A DNA stretch of 44,705 nt, taken from NCBI GenBank assembly GCA_039794085.1, contig JBDIWC010000034.1, forward strand, positions 1 through 44,705, read 5' to 3'. Below the pieces are notes generated by a model. That model saw only the letters and a program-made list of their open reading frames with translations, did not search any database and was not told the DNA's origin. This stretch comes from Gemmatimonadales bacterium. GTDB lineage: Bacteria; Gemmatimonadota; Gemmatimonadetes; Gemmatimonadales; GWC2-71-9. Positions 8,807-17,325 of this stretch are shown here, one piece after another. Every line of letters begins with the position of its first letter. Position 1 is the first letter of the stretch. Position numbers and translations under genes: made by a program.

Positions 8807-9874
8807 ATGTCATCCACACCTCAATTCAGCCTGGTGCTGAGCGGCGGCGGCCTCAAGGGTCTGGCCCACATCGGCGTGCTGCGCGGACTCGAGGAGCTGG
8901 GCCTCGAACCGTCGCTGGTGATCGGGTGCAGCATGGGGTCGCTGATCGCCGCGGCGTGGGCCACGGGGATGCCGGTGCAGGAGATGGAGAACCGCGCCCT
9001 GGCAGTGCAGCGGAAGGATGTGTTCCGCGTGGCCCACGTGGACATGGCCCTCAAGCGGATGCTCGCTCCCGCGGTGTACCGGAAGGAGCCGCTGGACAGC
9101 CTGATCGACTCGCTGGTGGGTGACCGCACCTTTCATGACCTGCCCCGCCGGCTCGTCATCAACACGGTGGATCTCAACACCGGCCGACAGATGCCGTGGG
9201 GGCTTCCGGGGCTCCGGGACGCGCGGGTGGCGGACGCGGTGTTCGCCTCCTGCGCGCTACCCGGCATCTTCCCCCCGCGCACGATCATGGGCCACGCCTG
9301 CGCCGACGGCGCGATGGTCGAGAACCTCCCCGCGCGCCTCGCCGCCTCGCTGAGCCGGGGTCCCGTGCTGGCGGTGGACGTGGGGGGAGCGGGGGCGGAG
9401 CGATTCGGGGTGGAGCGGCGCGGGTTCGTGGCCACCTACGCCCGAGGACTCGAGATCGTGATGCAGACCCTGGTGGAGGAGTCGATCCGCGGCTGGGACT
9501 CCCCGCCCCTGGTGCTGGTCCGGCCGACCGTGGAGCACATCAGCATGTTCGCCTTTCACCGGACCCCCTACCTCATCACCGAAGGCTACCGCGCCCTGCT
9601 GGCCACGCTGGATGTGCTGCCCGAGGGTCTCCTCGGATTGTCGCCCGGGATTCACCCCCGCAGCCCGGTGCGCATCCGCGTCGATCGCACCCGGTGCACC
9701 GGGTGCGGCCTCTGCGTGGCCCGCTGGCCCACGGTGTTTCGGATGGATGGGGAGTGCCGTGCGGTGGCCGAGTCCCCGATGCAGACTTGGTCGGCGCTGG
9801 AGAGTGCGATGTTGCGGCTCTGCCCCACCGAGGCGCTGTCCTGGGAAGAACGAGGAGTGAGTGGAGAGAAGTGA
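8807..9874 (+). CDS. Patatin-like phospholipase with C-terminal ferredoxin-like domain
   Basis: LSGGGLKG, GCSMG, DGA motifs; C-terminal CTGCGLC...CP. Confidence 0.9.
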   Translation: MSSTPQFSLVLSGGGLKGLAHIGVLRGLEELGLEPSLVIGCSMGSLIAAAWATGMPVQEMENRALAVQRKDVFRVAHVDMALKRMLAPAVYRKEPLDSLIDSLVGDRTFHDLPRRLVINTVDLNTGRQMPWGLPGLRDARVADAVFASCALPGIFPPRTIMGHACADGAMVENLPARLAASLSRGPVLAVDVGGAGAERFGVERRGFVATYARGLEIVMQTLVEESIRGWDSPPLVLVRPTVEHISMFAFHRTPYLITEGYRALLATLDVLPEGLLGLSPGIHPRSPVRIRVDRTRCTGCGLCVARWPTVFRMDGECRAVAESPMQTWSALESAMLRLCPTEALSWEERGVSGEK

Positions 9875-9889
9875 GAAGTGAGAGAGGAG
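9851..9889 (+). repeat. GA-rich heptamer module upstream of the four-helix-bundle gene
   Basis: 34-bp cgaggagtgagtggagagaagtgagaagtgagag repeated exactly at 10300-10333. Confidence 0.9.
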
Positions 9890-9895
9890 ATCTGA

Positions 9896-10270
9896 GTGCA
9901 CTATCAGGAGACGATCCTGTGGCAGAAGGCGATGGAGGCCGCCCGCGAGGTGTATCGGCTTGTTCCACGACTGCCCAGGGAAGAGACGTACGGGATGCGG
10001 AGTCAAATCACCCGGGCTGCGGTCTCCATCCCGGCCAACGTTGCGGAGGGATGGACGAGGGAATCGGACAAAGAGAAGGCACAGTTCCTGGCGATCGCCC
10101 AGGGTTCGGTGGCCGAGACGGAGACCCTGCTGACGCTCTGCGAGGACTTCGGGTGGTTTCCACAGGGCCAGACGTCCACCGTGCGCGGATTGCTCGACGA
10201 GGTGAGCCGAATGCTGACGATCATGCGCCGAAAGCGACGTACGGCGCGAGGAGTGAGGAGTGAGGAGTGA
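9896..10270 (+). CDS. Four-helix-bundle protein (23S rRNA IVS protein / Avd-like family)
   Basis: WQKAME, LPREETYGMRSQITRAAVSIPANVAEG, FLAIAQGSVAETET; GAGGAG SD. Confidence 0.93.
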   Translation: MHYQETILWQKAMEAAREVYRLVPRLPREETYGMRSQITRAAVSIPANVAEGWTRESDKEKAQFLAIAQGSVAETETLLTLCEDFGWFPQGQTSTVRGLLDEVSRMLTIMRRKRRTARGVRSEE

Positions 10271-10360
10271 GTGGAGAGAAGTGAGGAGTGAGGGAAGAGC
10301 GAGGAGTGAGTGGAGAGAAGTGAGAAGTGAGAGGAAAAACGAGGAGTGAGCGGAGAGAAG
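10247..10360 (+). repeat. GA-rich heptamer tract with three GAGGAGTGAGYGGAGAGAAG modules
   Basis: Modules start at 10262, 10301 and 10341. Confidence 0.9.
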
Positions 10361-10374
10361 GGATGCGGAGTCAA

Positions 10375-10906
10375 ATCACCCGGGCTGCGGTCTCCATCCC
10401 GGCCCACGTTGCGGAGGGATGAACGAGGGAATCGGACAAGGAGAATAACAAGGTGTCACATTTGTTCTATCTCACTTCTCACTCCTCTCCACTCACTTCT
10501 CCTTCCCATCACCCGGGCTGCGGTCTCCATCCCGGCCCACGTTGCGGAGGGATGAACGAGGGAATCGGACAAGGAGAAGAACAAGGTGTCACATTTGTTC
10601 TATCTCACTTCTCACTCCTCTCCACTCACTTCTCCTTCCCATCACCCGGGCTGCGGTCTCCATCCCGGCCCACGTTGCGGAGGGATGAACGAGGGAATCG
10701 GACAAGGAGAAGAACAAGGTGTCACATTTGTTTTATCTCACTTCTCACTCCTCTCCACTCACTTCTCCTTCCCATCACCCGGGCTGCGGTCTCCATCCCG
10801 GCCCACGTTGCGGAGGGATGAACGAGGGAATCGGACAAGGAGAATAACAAGATGTCACATTTGTTCTATCTCACTTCTCACTCCTCTCCACTCACTTCTA
10901 CTTCCC
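10375..10906 (+). repeat. Tandem array of 4 x 133 bp; each unit = fragment of the four-helix-bundle gene + palindrome + CT-rich heptamer module
   Basis: atcacccgggctgcgg starts at 10375, 10508, 10641 and 10774 and matches the gene from 10007. Confidence 0.97.
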
Positions 10907-10908
10907 AC

Positions 10909-11781
10909 GTGCTCCTCTCCGGTTTCACTCTCGTCCGCGACGCGGTGCGTCTCGATTTCCCGATCCTCGAGGCGATCCGGTCTCTCCTCCCCCTCTGCGA
11001 CGAGGTGATCGTGAATGTGGGCCGGAGTGACGACGGCACGCTGGATCTGGTGCGCTCCCTGGATGACCCGCGGGTACGGATACTCGAGACGGAGTGGGAT
11101 CTCGGCCGGGGGCCGGCGCTGTTGCGGGAGGAGACCGCGCGGGCGATGCGCGCCTGTCGCCATGCCTGGGGGATGTACATCCAGGCCGATGAAGTGCTGC
11201 ATGAGCGCGGAGTGGAGGAACTGCGCGCCGCGGTGAGCGTGGCGGAAAGCGAGCCGGCGGTCGAAGGCCTCCTGGTGGAGTATCATCATCTCGTGGGGGA
11301 TCCATTCACCGAGGCGATCAATCGGCGCTGGTATCGTCGCGAGGTGCGCCTGGTCCGGACCGATCCGGCCCGCGGCATCGAACCCTGGGCCGACGCCCAG
11401 GGATTTCGGGTTCGGAGGCCTGACGGCCGGGTGAGGAAGATCCGCGCCCGTCGCACCGGGGCGGAAATGTTTCACTACGGGCACACGCGAACGGCCACGG
11501 CCTTGCGGCACCGGGCCGAGGTGGACCGGCACCTGTATCCCGGGCGGGCCACTCGAACCGTGGACGAGCCGCTGTTCGAATGGTTTCCCGGGCTTCGACC
11601 CTTCCGGGGCACCCATCCCGCCGTGGCGGCCGAGTGGGTGGCGGCCCATGCCGCGGACCCGGGGCGGTCCATCGCCCCGCCGCGTTTCCGCTGGCGACAC
11701 CTCCGCTTCCACCTGTCGGACCTGGTGGAACGGGTGAGCGGCCGGCGCCCGTTCACCTTCCGCAATTACACGGAAACATAA
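10909..11781 (+). CDS. Glycosyltransferase family 2
   Basis: LSGFTLVRDA, CDEVIVNVGRSDDGT, YIQADE; GTG start directly after the array. Confidence 0.88.
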   Translation: MLLSGFTLVRDAVRLDFPILEAIRSLLPLCDEVIVNVGRSDDGTLDLVRSLDDPRVRILETEWDLGRGPALLREETARAMRACRHAWGMYIQADEVLHERGVEELRAAVSVAESEPAVEGLLVEYHHLVGDPFTEAINRRWYRREVRLVRTDPARGIEPWADAQGFRVRRPDGRVRKIRARRTGAEMFHYGHTRTATALRHRAEVDRHLYPGRATRTVDEPLFEWFPGLRPFRGTHPAVAAEWVAAHAADPGRSIAPPRFRWRHLRFHLSDLVERVSGRRPFTFRNYTET

Positions 11782-11811
11782 CCGTCCCCGTGCGCCGCAC
11801 GCGGCGCACCT

Positions 11812-11844
11812 ACTTCACACTTCACACTTCACACTTCGAACTTC
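11812..11844 (+). repeat. (CTTCACA/CTTCGAA)n heptamer tract
   Basis: acttcacacttcacacttcacacttcgaacttc followed by TATCTT. Confidence 0.85.
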
Positions 11845-11864
11845 CGACTATCTTACCCGCCATC

Positions 11865-12797
11865 ATGCGAATCGTGCTGCTGCACCACGGCGTTCTGCCG
11901 GTGCGAGGATACGGCGGAACCGAGCGGGTCGTGGTGTGGCTCATCCGGGGTCTCGCGGCCCTGGGGCACGAGGTGACGCTCATCGCGGGGACCGGCAGCA
12001 AGGTTCCCGAGGCGCGCCTGATCCCGGTGGACCCCCGTCTCGCAGTGAAGCCCGGGTTCGACGTCCGTCCCCATCTGCCTCCCGGGGTGGACCTGGTCCA
12101 CGCCCATCAACCGGTCGGTCCGACCGGCCTTCCCACCCTCTGGACGATGCATGGCAATCTCCGTCCGGGCATGCGCTATCCCCCGAACATGGTGGGGGTG
12201 AGCGCCGACCATGCCCACCGGATCGGAGCGGCAAGTCATGTGTACAACGGGCTCGACCCGGCGGAATACACCTACCGGGACCGGAAGGGGGATTACGACC
12301 TGTTCATCGGTCGCCTGCACACGGCCAAGGGGTGGCAATGGGCGGTGCAGGGGGCGCGGCGAACCGGCCGCCGGCTGGTGGTGGCGGGAGGATGGCGGCC
12401 TTCCTTCCGGCGGCACCTCGAATTCGTCGGGGAGGTGGATGGCGAACAGAAGATGGGTCTCCTCGCCGAGGCCGCGTGCCTCTGGATGCCGGCCCGCTGG
12501 GATGAGCCGTTCGGACTCACGCTGATCGAGGCGCTGGTGAGCGGCACCCCGGTTCTCGGCACCCGCCGGGGAGCGCTTCCCGAGGTGATCACATCGGACA
12601 CCGGCGCCCTGGGCGACACTCTGGACGATCTGGTGGCGCTCCGGCCCACCCTCGACGCGCTCTCCCCCGAGGCCGGCCGGGCCCGGGTGCTGCGCCACTT
12701 TACCCACCTCGTCATGGCCGAGGAGTACTGCAGGCTCTATCGCGCCGTGATGGCGGGTGACCCTCTTCCGTCAGGCCGGCTCGGAACGGCTTCCTGA
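11865..12797 (+). CDS. Glycosyltransferase family 4 (GT-B)
   Basis: YGGTERVV, GHEVTLIA, EPFGLTLIEALVSGTPV. Confidence 0.92.
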   Translation: MRIVLLHHGVLPVRGYGGTERVVVWLIRGLAALGHEVTLIAGTGSKVPEARLIPVDPRLAVKPGFDVRPHLPPGVDLVHAHQPVGPTGLPTLWTMHGNLRPGMRYPPNMVGVSADHAHRIGAASHVYNGLDPAEYTYRDRKGDYDLFIGRLHTAKGWQWAVQGARRTGRRLVVAGGWRPSFRRHLEFVGEVDGEQKMGLLAEAACLWMPARWDEPFGLTLIEALVSGTPVLGTRRGALPEVITSDTGALGDTLDDLVALRPTLDALSPEAGRARVLRHFTHLVMAEEYCRLYRAVMAGDPLPSGRLGTAS

Positions 12798-13829
12798 CGT
12801 CAGGGCATCTGCTGCAACCTCGCCACGGGATCCGTTCCCCGCCGCGGGGACCGGTGCCATGCCCACCCGCTGAAGCAGATCCCGGACCCGATGCATGTAG
12901 GTGTGCCGGGAGAGGGTTGTCCGGCGCGCGGCCTCCGCCACGACCTGGGCCGCCGGGGGATCGAGGAGCACCGTTTCCACCGCGCTCTTCAGGTCGGCCG
13001 CGTCGTCGAACACGAAGCACTCGGCGCCCGGGGTGTAATGATCCGGCAGGTCGCCGCGCCGGTCCACCACCTGGGGCACACCGATCGCGGCGATTTCGAA
13101 GAGCCGCTGGTTGCACGAGGCCTCCGCCGCCGACGCTCCGGGCGCCCGCTCGTGAATGTTGATCGCCACCGAGGCGCCTCCGTAGGCCCGGACGAACTCC
13201 TCGGTGTCGAGGGCCTCGCCCCGGCAGTAATCCCGCAGGGAGGTCTGCCGCCATCCCGGGCCCCGGAGCGCCAGGCCGAACTCGAGGACCTCGGCGAGGA
13301 GCGCCTCGCGCCGCGGGGTCGCCCGGCCGGCAAAGACCACGTTGGCCCGGTACTGGTCCCGCGAGTGATGGGGGCGATAGACCGAGGGATCCGCCGCGAG
13401 GGGAAGCACCCCGACCTCCCGGCCGAGAGCGGCCCCGACATGGGCCGCCACATCCGAGCCGATGACGAAGCACTGGTCGCAGGCGGCGGCGTGGGGAATG
13501 GCCTGATCGACGGACGCGAGGTCGAACGGAAGCCAATTGACCCAGACGGCCGCGGTGGCACCATCCCGGAACCGGCGGAGAAAGTCCGGATCCAGCTCGA
13601 GGCCTCCCATCAGCAACACCAGATCGGGGGCGTCGCGCGTCACCGCCTTCTCCACCTGGGCTTCGAGCCCCCCTCCTGTCACCCGGCGCAGCAACCCCGG
13701 GGCCCGGCCCAGATCCACGTCGGTCACCCGGCATCCGAGGCGTTCGAAGGCACGGCGGCGCTGCAGCATGTGGGGATTCCGCTGGGGATCGAGGTCGGCG
13801 AGCAGGAGGACCTTCGGGTGTTCCGTCAT
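12771..13829 (-). CDS. CgeB-like glycosyltransferase
   Basis: LPLAADP, VVFAG, LALRGPGW, NQRLFEIAAIG, HTYMHR. Confidence 0.82.
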   Translation of the reverse strand: MTEHPKVLLLADLDPQRNPHMLQRRRAFERLGCRVTDVDLGRAPGLLRRVTGGGLEAQVEKAVTRDAPDLVLLMGGLELDPDFLRRFRDGATAAVWVNWLPFDLASVDQAIPHAAACDQCFVIGSDVAAHVGAALGREVGVLPLAADPSVYRPHHSRDQYRANVVFAGRATPRREALLAEVLEFGLALRGPGWRQTSLRDYCRGEALDTEEFVRAYGGASVAINIHERAPGASAAEASCNQRLFEIAAIGVPQVVDRRGDLPDHYTPGAECFVFDDAADLKSAVETVLLDPPAAQVVAEAARRTTLSRHTYMHRVRDLLQRVGMAPVPAAGNGSRGEVAADALTSGSRSEPA

Positions 13830-15649
13830 GAATCCGCCCCCGGGGAGTGGTGATGCAGATCGTGCAGGCAGCGATAGAGCCCGTCCTGACGGAGCAGCGT
13901 CTCATGGGTCCCGTGGTCCACGACCCGCCCTCCATCCAGCACCACAATCTGGTCGGCATGGCGCACCGTCGCCAGTCGGTGCGCGATGACCAGCACCGTC
14001 CGCCCCCGCATCAGGCGGGCGATCGCCTGCTGCACCAGTTGCTCGGTGACGGCATCGAGAGCGCTCGTGGCCTCGTCGAGAATGAGAATGGGCGGGTCGC
14101 GCAGCAGCGCCCGGGCAATGGCGATCCGCTGGCGCTCTCCCCCGGAGAGCCGGGTACCCCGCTCCCCAAGCAGGGTGTCGTACCCCGCCGGGAGTCGCTC
14201 GATGAATCCCGCGGCGTTCGCGGCCTCGGCGGCCTTCTCCACCTCGGCGCGGGTCGCCTCCGGCCTGCCGTAGGCGATGTTGGCGTGGACGGTGTCGTGC
14301 AGCAGGATGGGGTCCTGGCTCACCACGCCGAGCAGACGCCGGACGGAGGACCGGGTGAGTCGGGTCAGGGGGACACCATCGAGGCGAACCTCACCCGCCA
14401 CGGGGTCGACAAAGCGGGGGAGCAGCTCCAGGAGCGTGGTCTTCCCCGCCCCCGAGGGTCCGACGATGGCCACCACAGATCCGACCGGGACCGTCAGGGA
14501 CACCTGGTCGAGCACGAGGGGGCCGTCCCCATGCCGGACGGACACCCGGTCGAACACAATGCCCTCACGACAGGTGGCCTCTCGGGCGTCCGGAGCGTCG
14601 GTTTCCCCCGGGGTCGTGTCCAGCAGGGCGAACACCCGCTCGGCCCCCGCCAGGGCCGTAGCCATCTGGGCGGGGAACTGCATGAGGGACTTGAGCGGCG
14701 AGAGCATCTTCAGGGCCGCGACGAGGAAGAGGATCGTGTCGGCCGGAGCCAGGGCCTGACCGGCCCACACCGGGTTCCGCGAGGCCCAGATCACCAGGAT
14801 GATCACCACGCCCCCGAACACCTCGCTCACCGGACTCGTCATCACCGCGAAGCGCTGGGTGCGGATGACCCGCTTCCGGTACCGGTTCGCCTGATCGCGG
14901 AAGCGTTCCTCCTCGGCGGGCTCGGTCCCCGTCACCCGGATCAGCTTGAGTGCCGCGAGACGCTCGATCACCGTGCTGGTGAGCTCGGCCCGCAACGTGG
15001 CCCACTCCGCCGCGTGCCGTCGCACCCGGCGCACCAGTCCCCGCACCAGGAGAAGAAGGAGGGGAGCGGCGGTGAGGGTCAGCAGGGTGAGACGCCCGGA
15101 CAAACCCGCCAGGATGGCGAGGGTGACCCCGATGGTCACCCCGTTCCGGAGCAGGGAGGCGAGAACCGCGGGCACCACGCGACGGGCCTGGTCGGCGTCG
15201 GCCATCAGGGCGCTGGTCAGATGTCCCCCGCGGGTCTGCTGCACGAGAGAGAGCTCGGCCCGCAGCAGGTGCCCGAAAAGGTCGACGCGCAGATCGCGCA
15301 CCAGACCCTCCTCGGCCGCCGTGGTGAGCTGGTCCGACACCACGAGCATCGCGTTCTTGGCCAGCAGGGCCGCCAACAGCACCAGGACGATCCCGGCGGC
15401 CGCGCCCCCGGGCCCCGCCGCCGACAGGAGGGGCCCCAGAACCGGGGCCAGGAGGGGCTGGAGACGCGAGGGAGCGACACCCGAACCCGCCCCGGTCCCG
15501 AACAGGGCGTCGAGCAGAGGAGAGAGCAACACCAGAGTGAGGCCATCGAAGAGGGAGGCCAGAATCGTGGTGAGAATGGCGAGTACGAGCAGACCCCGGA
15601 CCGGACGCAGATAGCCGAGAAGCCGCCGGGCAGGAGGAGGAGAAGTCAT
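13826..15649 (-). CDS. ABC exporter, fused TM + ATPase (MsbA-like)
   Basis: GPSGAGKT, LSGGERQR, ILDEATSALD, IAHRL; lies beside LPS-type glycosyltransferases. Confidence 0.92.
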   Translation of the reverse strand: MTSPPPARRLLGYLRPVRGLLVLAILTTILASLFDGLTLVLLSPLLDALFGTGAGSGVAPSRLQPLLAPVLGPLLSAAGPGGAAAGIVLVLLAALLAKNAMLVVSDQLTTAAEEGLVRDLRVDLFGHLLRAELSLVQQTRGGHLTSALMADADQARRVVPAVLASLLRNGVTIGVTLAILAGLSGRLTLLTLTAAPLLLLLVRGLVRRVRRHAAEWATLRAELTSTVIERLAALKLIRVTGTEPAEEERFRDQANRYRKRVIRTQRFAVMTSPVSEVFGGVVIILVIWASRNPVWAGQALAPADTILFLVAALKMLSPLKSLMQFPAQMATALAGAERVFALLDTTPGETDAPDAREATCREGIVFDRVSVRHGDGPLVLDQVSLTVPVGSVVAIVGPSGAGKTTLLELLPRFVDPVAGEVRLDGVPLTRLTRSSVRRLLGVVSQDPILLHDTVHANIAYGRPEATRAEVEKAAEAANAAGFIERLPAGYDTLLGERGTRLSGGERQRIAIARALLRDPPILILDEATSALDAVTEQLVQQAIARLMRGRTVLVIAHRLATVRHADQIVVLDGGRVVDHGTHETLLRQDGLYRCLHDLHHHSPGADS

Positions 15650-15689
15650 GGATTCCGGCGGTCGGAGCTCATGGCCGGAAGGTAAGTGG

Positions 15690-15737
15690 GAAGTTTGAAG
15701 TGTGAAGTGTTTGAAGTTTGAAGTTTGAAGTTCGAAG
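15690..15737 (-). repeat. (CTTCAAA/CTTCACA)n heptamer tract on the minus strand
   Basis: gaagtttgaagtgtgaagtgtttgaagtttgaagtttgaagttcgaag. Confidence 0.85.
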
Positions 15738-15759
15738 GGTGATTGCGACTGGTTCAGGT

Positions 15760-15787
15760 GCAGGGGCCGTTCGCGAACGGCCCGTAC
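15760..15787. repeat. REP-like perfect palindrome
   Basis: gggccgttcgcgaacggccc (15764-15783); resembles the REP at 1248. Confidence 0.65.
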
Positions 15788-15847
15788 GGCTCTGTCCTCT
15801 GTCCTGGGTGTTGGGTGTTGGGTGCCGGGGGACGCTACATTCCCGCC

Positions 15848-16885
15848 GTGCCCCATCCCGCATCGTCCGTCTCATCGCCCCATGTTCTCCTGGTCCGCTT
15901 CGGCGCCATGGGCGACGTCATTCTGACCACCCCTCTCCTCCGGGTGCTTCGGCGGGCACATCCCTCGGCCCGGCTCACCATGGTCACCCGGGACCGTTAT
16001 GCACCGCTGCTCGAGGGGAACCCCCATCTGCACCGACTGATGGCCCTCGGCCCGGGATCGACGCTCTCTTCCCTGGCCCGGGAGCTTCGGCGGGAGACCT
16101 TTACGCATCGGCTCGATCTCCATCGCAGCCTGCGGAGTCGCCACCTGCGATGGCTCGTAGGGGGCCGGTGGACCAGTTATCCCAAGCATCGCATGGCACG
16201 CACCGCCCTGATCCGGATGCACCGGGACATCTACCGCGACCGGCGCCCCGTGGCCGAGCGGTACTTCGACGCGGCGCGGGGCCTCGGTGTGCAACCGGAT
16301 GGCGACCCGGCGGAGGTCTTTCTCGACCTGGCCACCCTCCGCCGGGCCGATCAGGCCCTGGCCACCGGGGGACGCCGGGACGACTCCCGCACCTTGCTCG
16401 CCCTGGCGCCGGGCGCGGCACACGCCACCAAGCGGTGGCCCCTGGCCCACTGGGTGGCTCTCGCCGCCCGCCTCGAGGCTCAGGGCACGGCCGACCTGGC
16501 CGTGCTGGGGGGCCCGGATGACCGGGACGCCGGCGCCGCGATCGCCGCGGCCGCCCCCGGGCGCGCCGTGAACCTGGCGGGAGTGCTCACCTTGCGCGAG
16601 ACGGCAGCGGTGCTCAAGCGGGCCCGCGCGGCGGTGGCGGGGGACACCGGGCTGCTGCATCTCGCCACGGCGGTCGGAACGCCGGTGGTCGGTCTCTACG
16701 GTCCGACGGTCGAGGCCTTCGGCTTCTTTCCCTATCGCGGTCGTGCCACTGTGCTGCAGCGTGATCTGCCCTGCCGGCCCTGCAGCTCCCACGGTGGCCC
16801 GGCCTGCCCCCTCGGGCATCACCGCTGCCTGGCCGACCTCGAACCGGCCGCGGTGGCCCACGCTCTCACCCATCTCCCGCGATGA
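15848..16885 (+). CDS. Glycosyltransferase family 9 (LPS heptosyltransferase, WaaF-like)
   Basis: VRFGAMGDVILTTP, APGAAHATKRWP, GDTGLLHLA, LYGPT, CRPCS. Confidence 0.93.
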   Translation: MPHPASSVSSPHVLLVRFGAMGDVILTTPLLRVLRRAHPSARLTMVTRDRYAPLLEGNPHLHRLMALGPGSTLSSLARELRRETFTHRLDLHRSLRSRHLRWLVGGRWTSYPKHRMARTALIRMHRDIYRDRRPVAERYFDAARGLGVQPDGDPAEVFLDLATLRRADQALATGGRRDDSRTLLALAPGAAHATKRWPLAHWVALAARLEAQGTADLAVLGGPDDRDAGAAIAAAAPGRAVNLAGVLTLRETAAVLKRARAAVAGDTGLLHLATAVGTPVVGLYGPTVEAFGFFPYRGRATVLQRDLPCRPCSSHGGPACPLGHHRCLADLEPAAVAHALTHLPR

Positions 16886-17268
16886 CCTGGAGCCCCGATA
16901 CCGACGCGCTGCTCCGGCTCACCGCCGAGATGGTCCGCGGCCCCCGCCGGGATGGGTGCTTTGCGCTCTGGCTCCTGGTGCGGGTGGCCGAGGACCTGCT
17001 TCTCCCGTCGCCCGACGGGGACCGGACCCGCCGACGCCGGGTCCAGGCGCTGGAGCAGCGGTGTTCGAGCCTCACCCTTCCGGCGCCCCTCCGGCGCGCC
17101 CTGACAGGGGCCCTGCTCACCCTGCGGGACGCCACCCCCGAGGCGGTCCGCCTCGCCGCCACCCAACTGGTTCCTCCGGCCCGCGAGACCCTGGGACCGG
17201 GAGCGGCGGAGGTGCTCGAGTCGGTGGCCCGGAAGGCGCGCGTTGCCGCACTCGGGACCGGTGGATAG
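16882..17268 (+). CDS. Hypothetical protein
   Basis: ATGA overlap with the GT9 stop; fills the gap before yebC. Confidence 0.65.
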   Translation: MTWSPDTDALLRLTAEMVRGPRRDGCFALWLLVRVAEDLLLPSPDGDRTRRRRVQALEQRCSSLTLPAPLRRALTGALLTLRDATPEAVRLAATQLVPPARETLGPGAAEVLESVARKARVAALGTGG

Positions 17269-17325
17269 CTTTCGGGCGGCGGGTGTGCCCGTCTCCCAAC
17301 GTCCCGACCGTGGAGTGGAGCGCTC

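Noticed and set aside
6708..8819. 703-aa aminotransferase with a long N-terminal extension
   Set aside because: The extension overlaps the permease in another frame; the real start is ATG 7850.
10375..10906. CRISPR array
   Set aside because: Units are near-identical over all 133 bp with no unique spacers, and no cas genes are present.
9896..10906. Diversity-generating retroelement (Avd-like gene with a TR/VR-like pair)
   Set aside because: No reverse transcriptase in the window, and the differences are not one-directional adenine changes (one is G in the gene and A in the repeat, creating a stop).
10346..11008. ORFs of 69-140 aa across the array
   Set aside because: They are frame-shifting translations of the 133-bp repeat; the gene-like frame stops at TGA in every unit.
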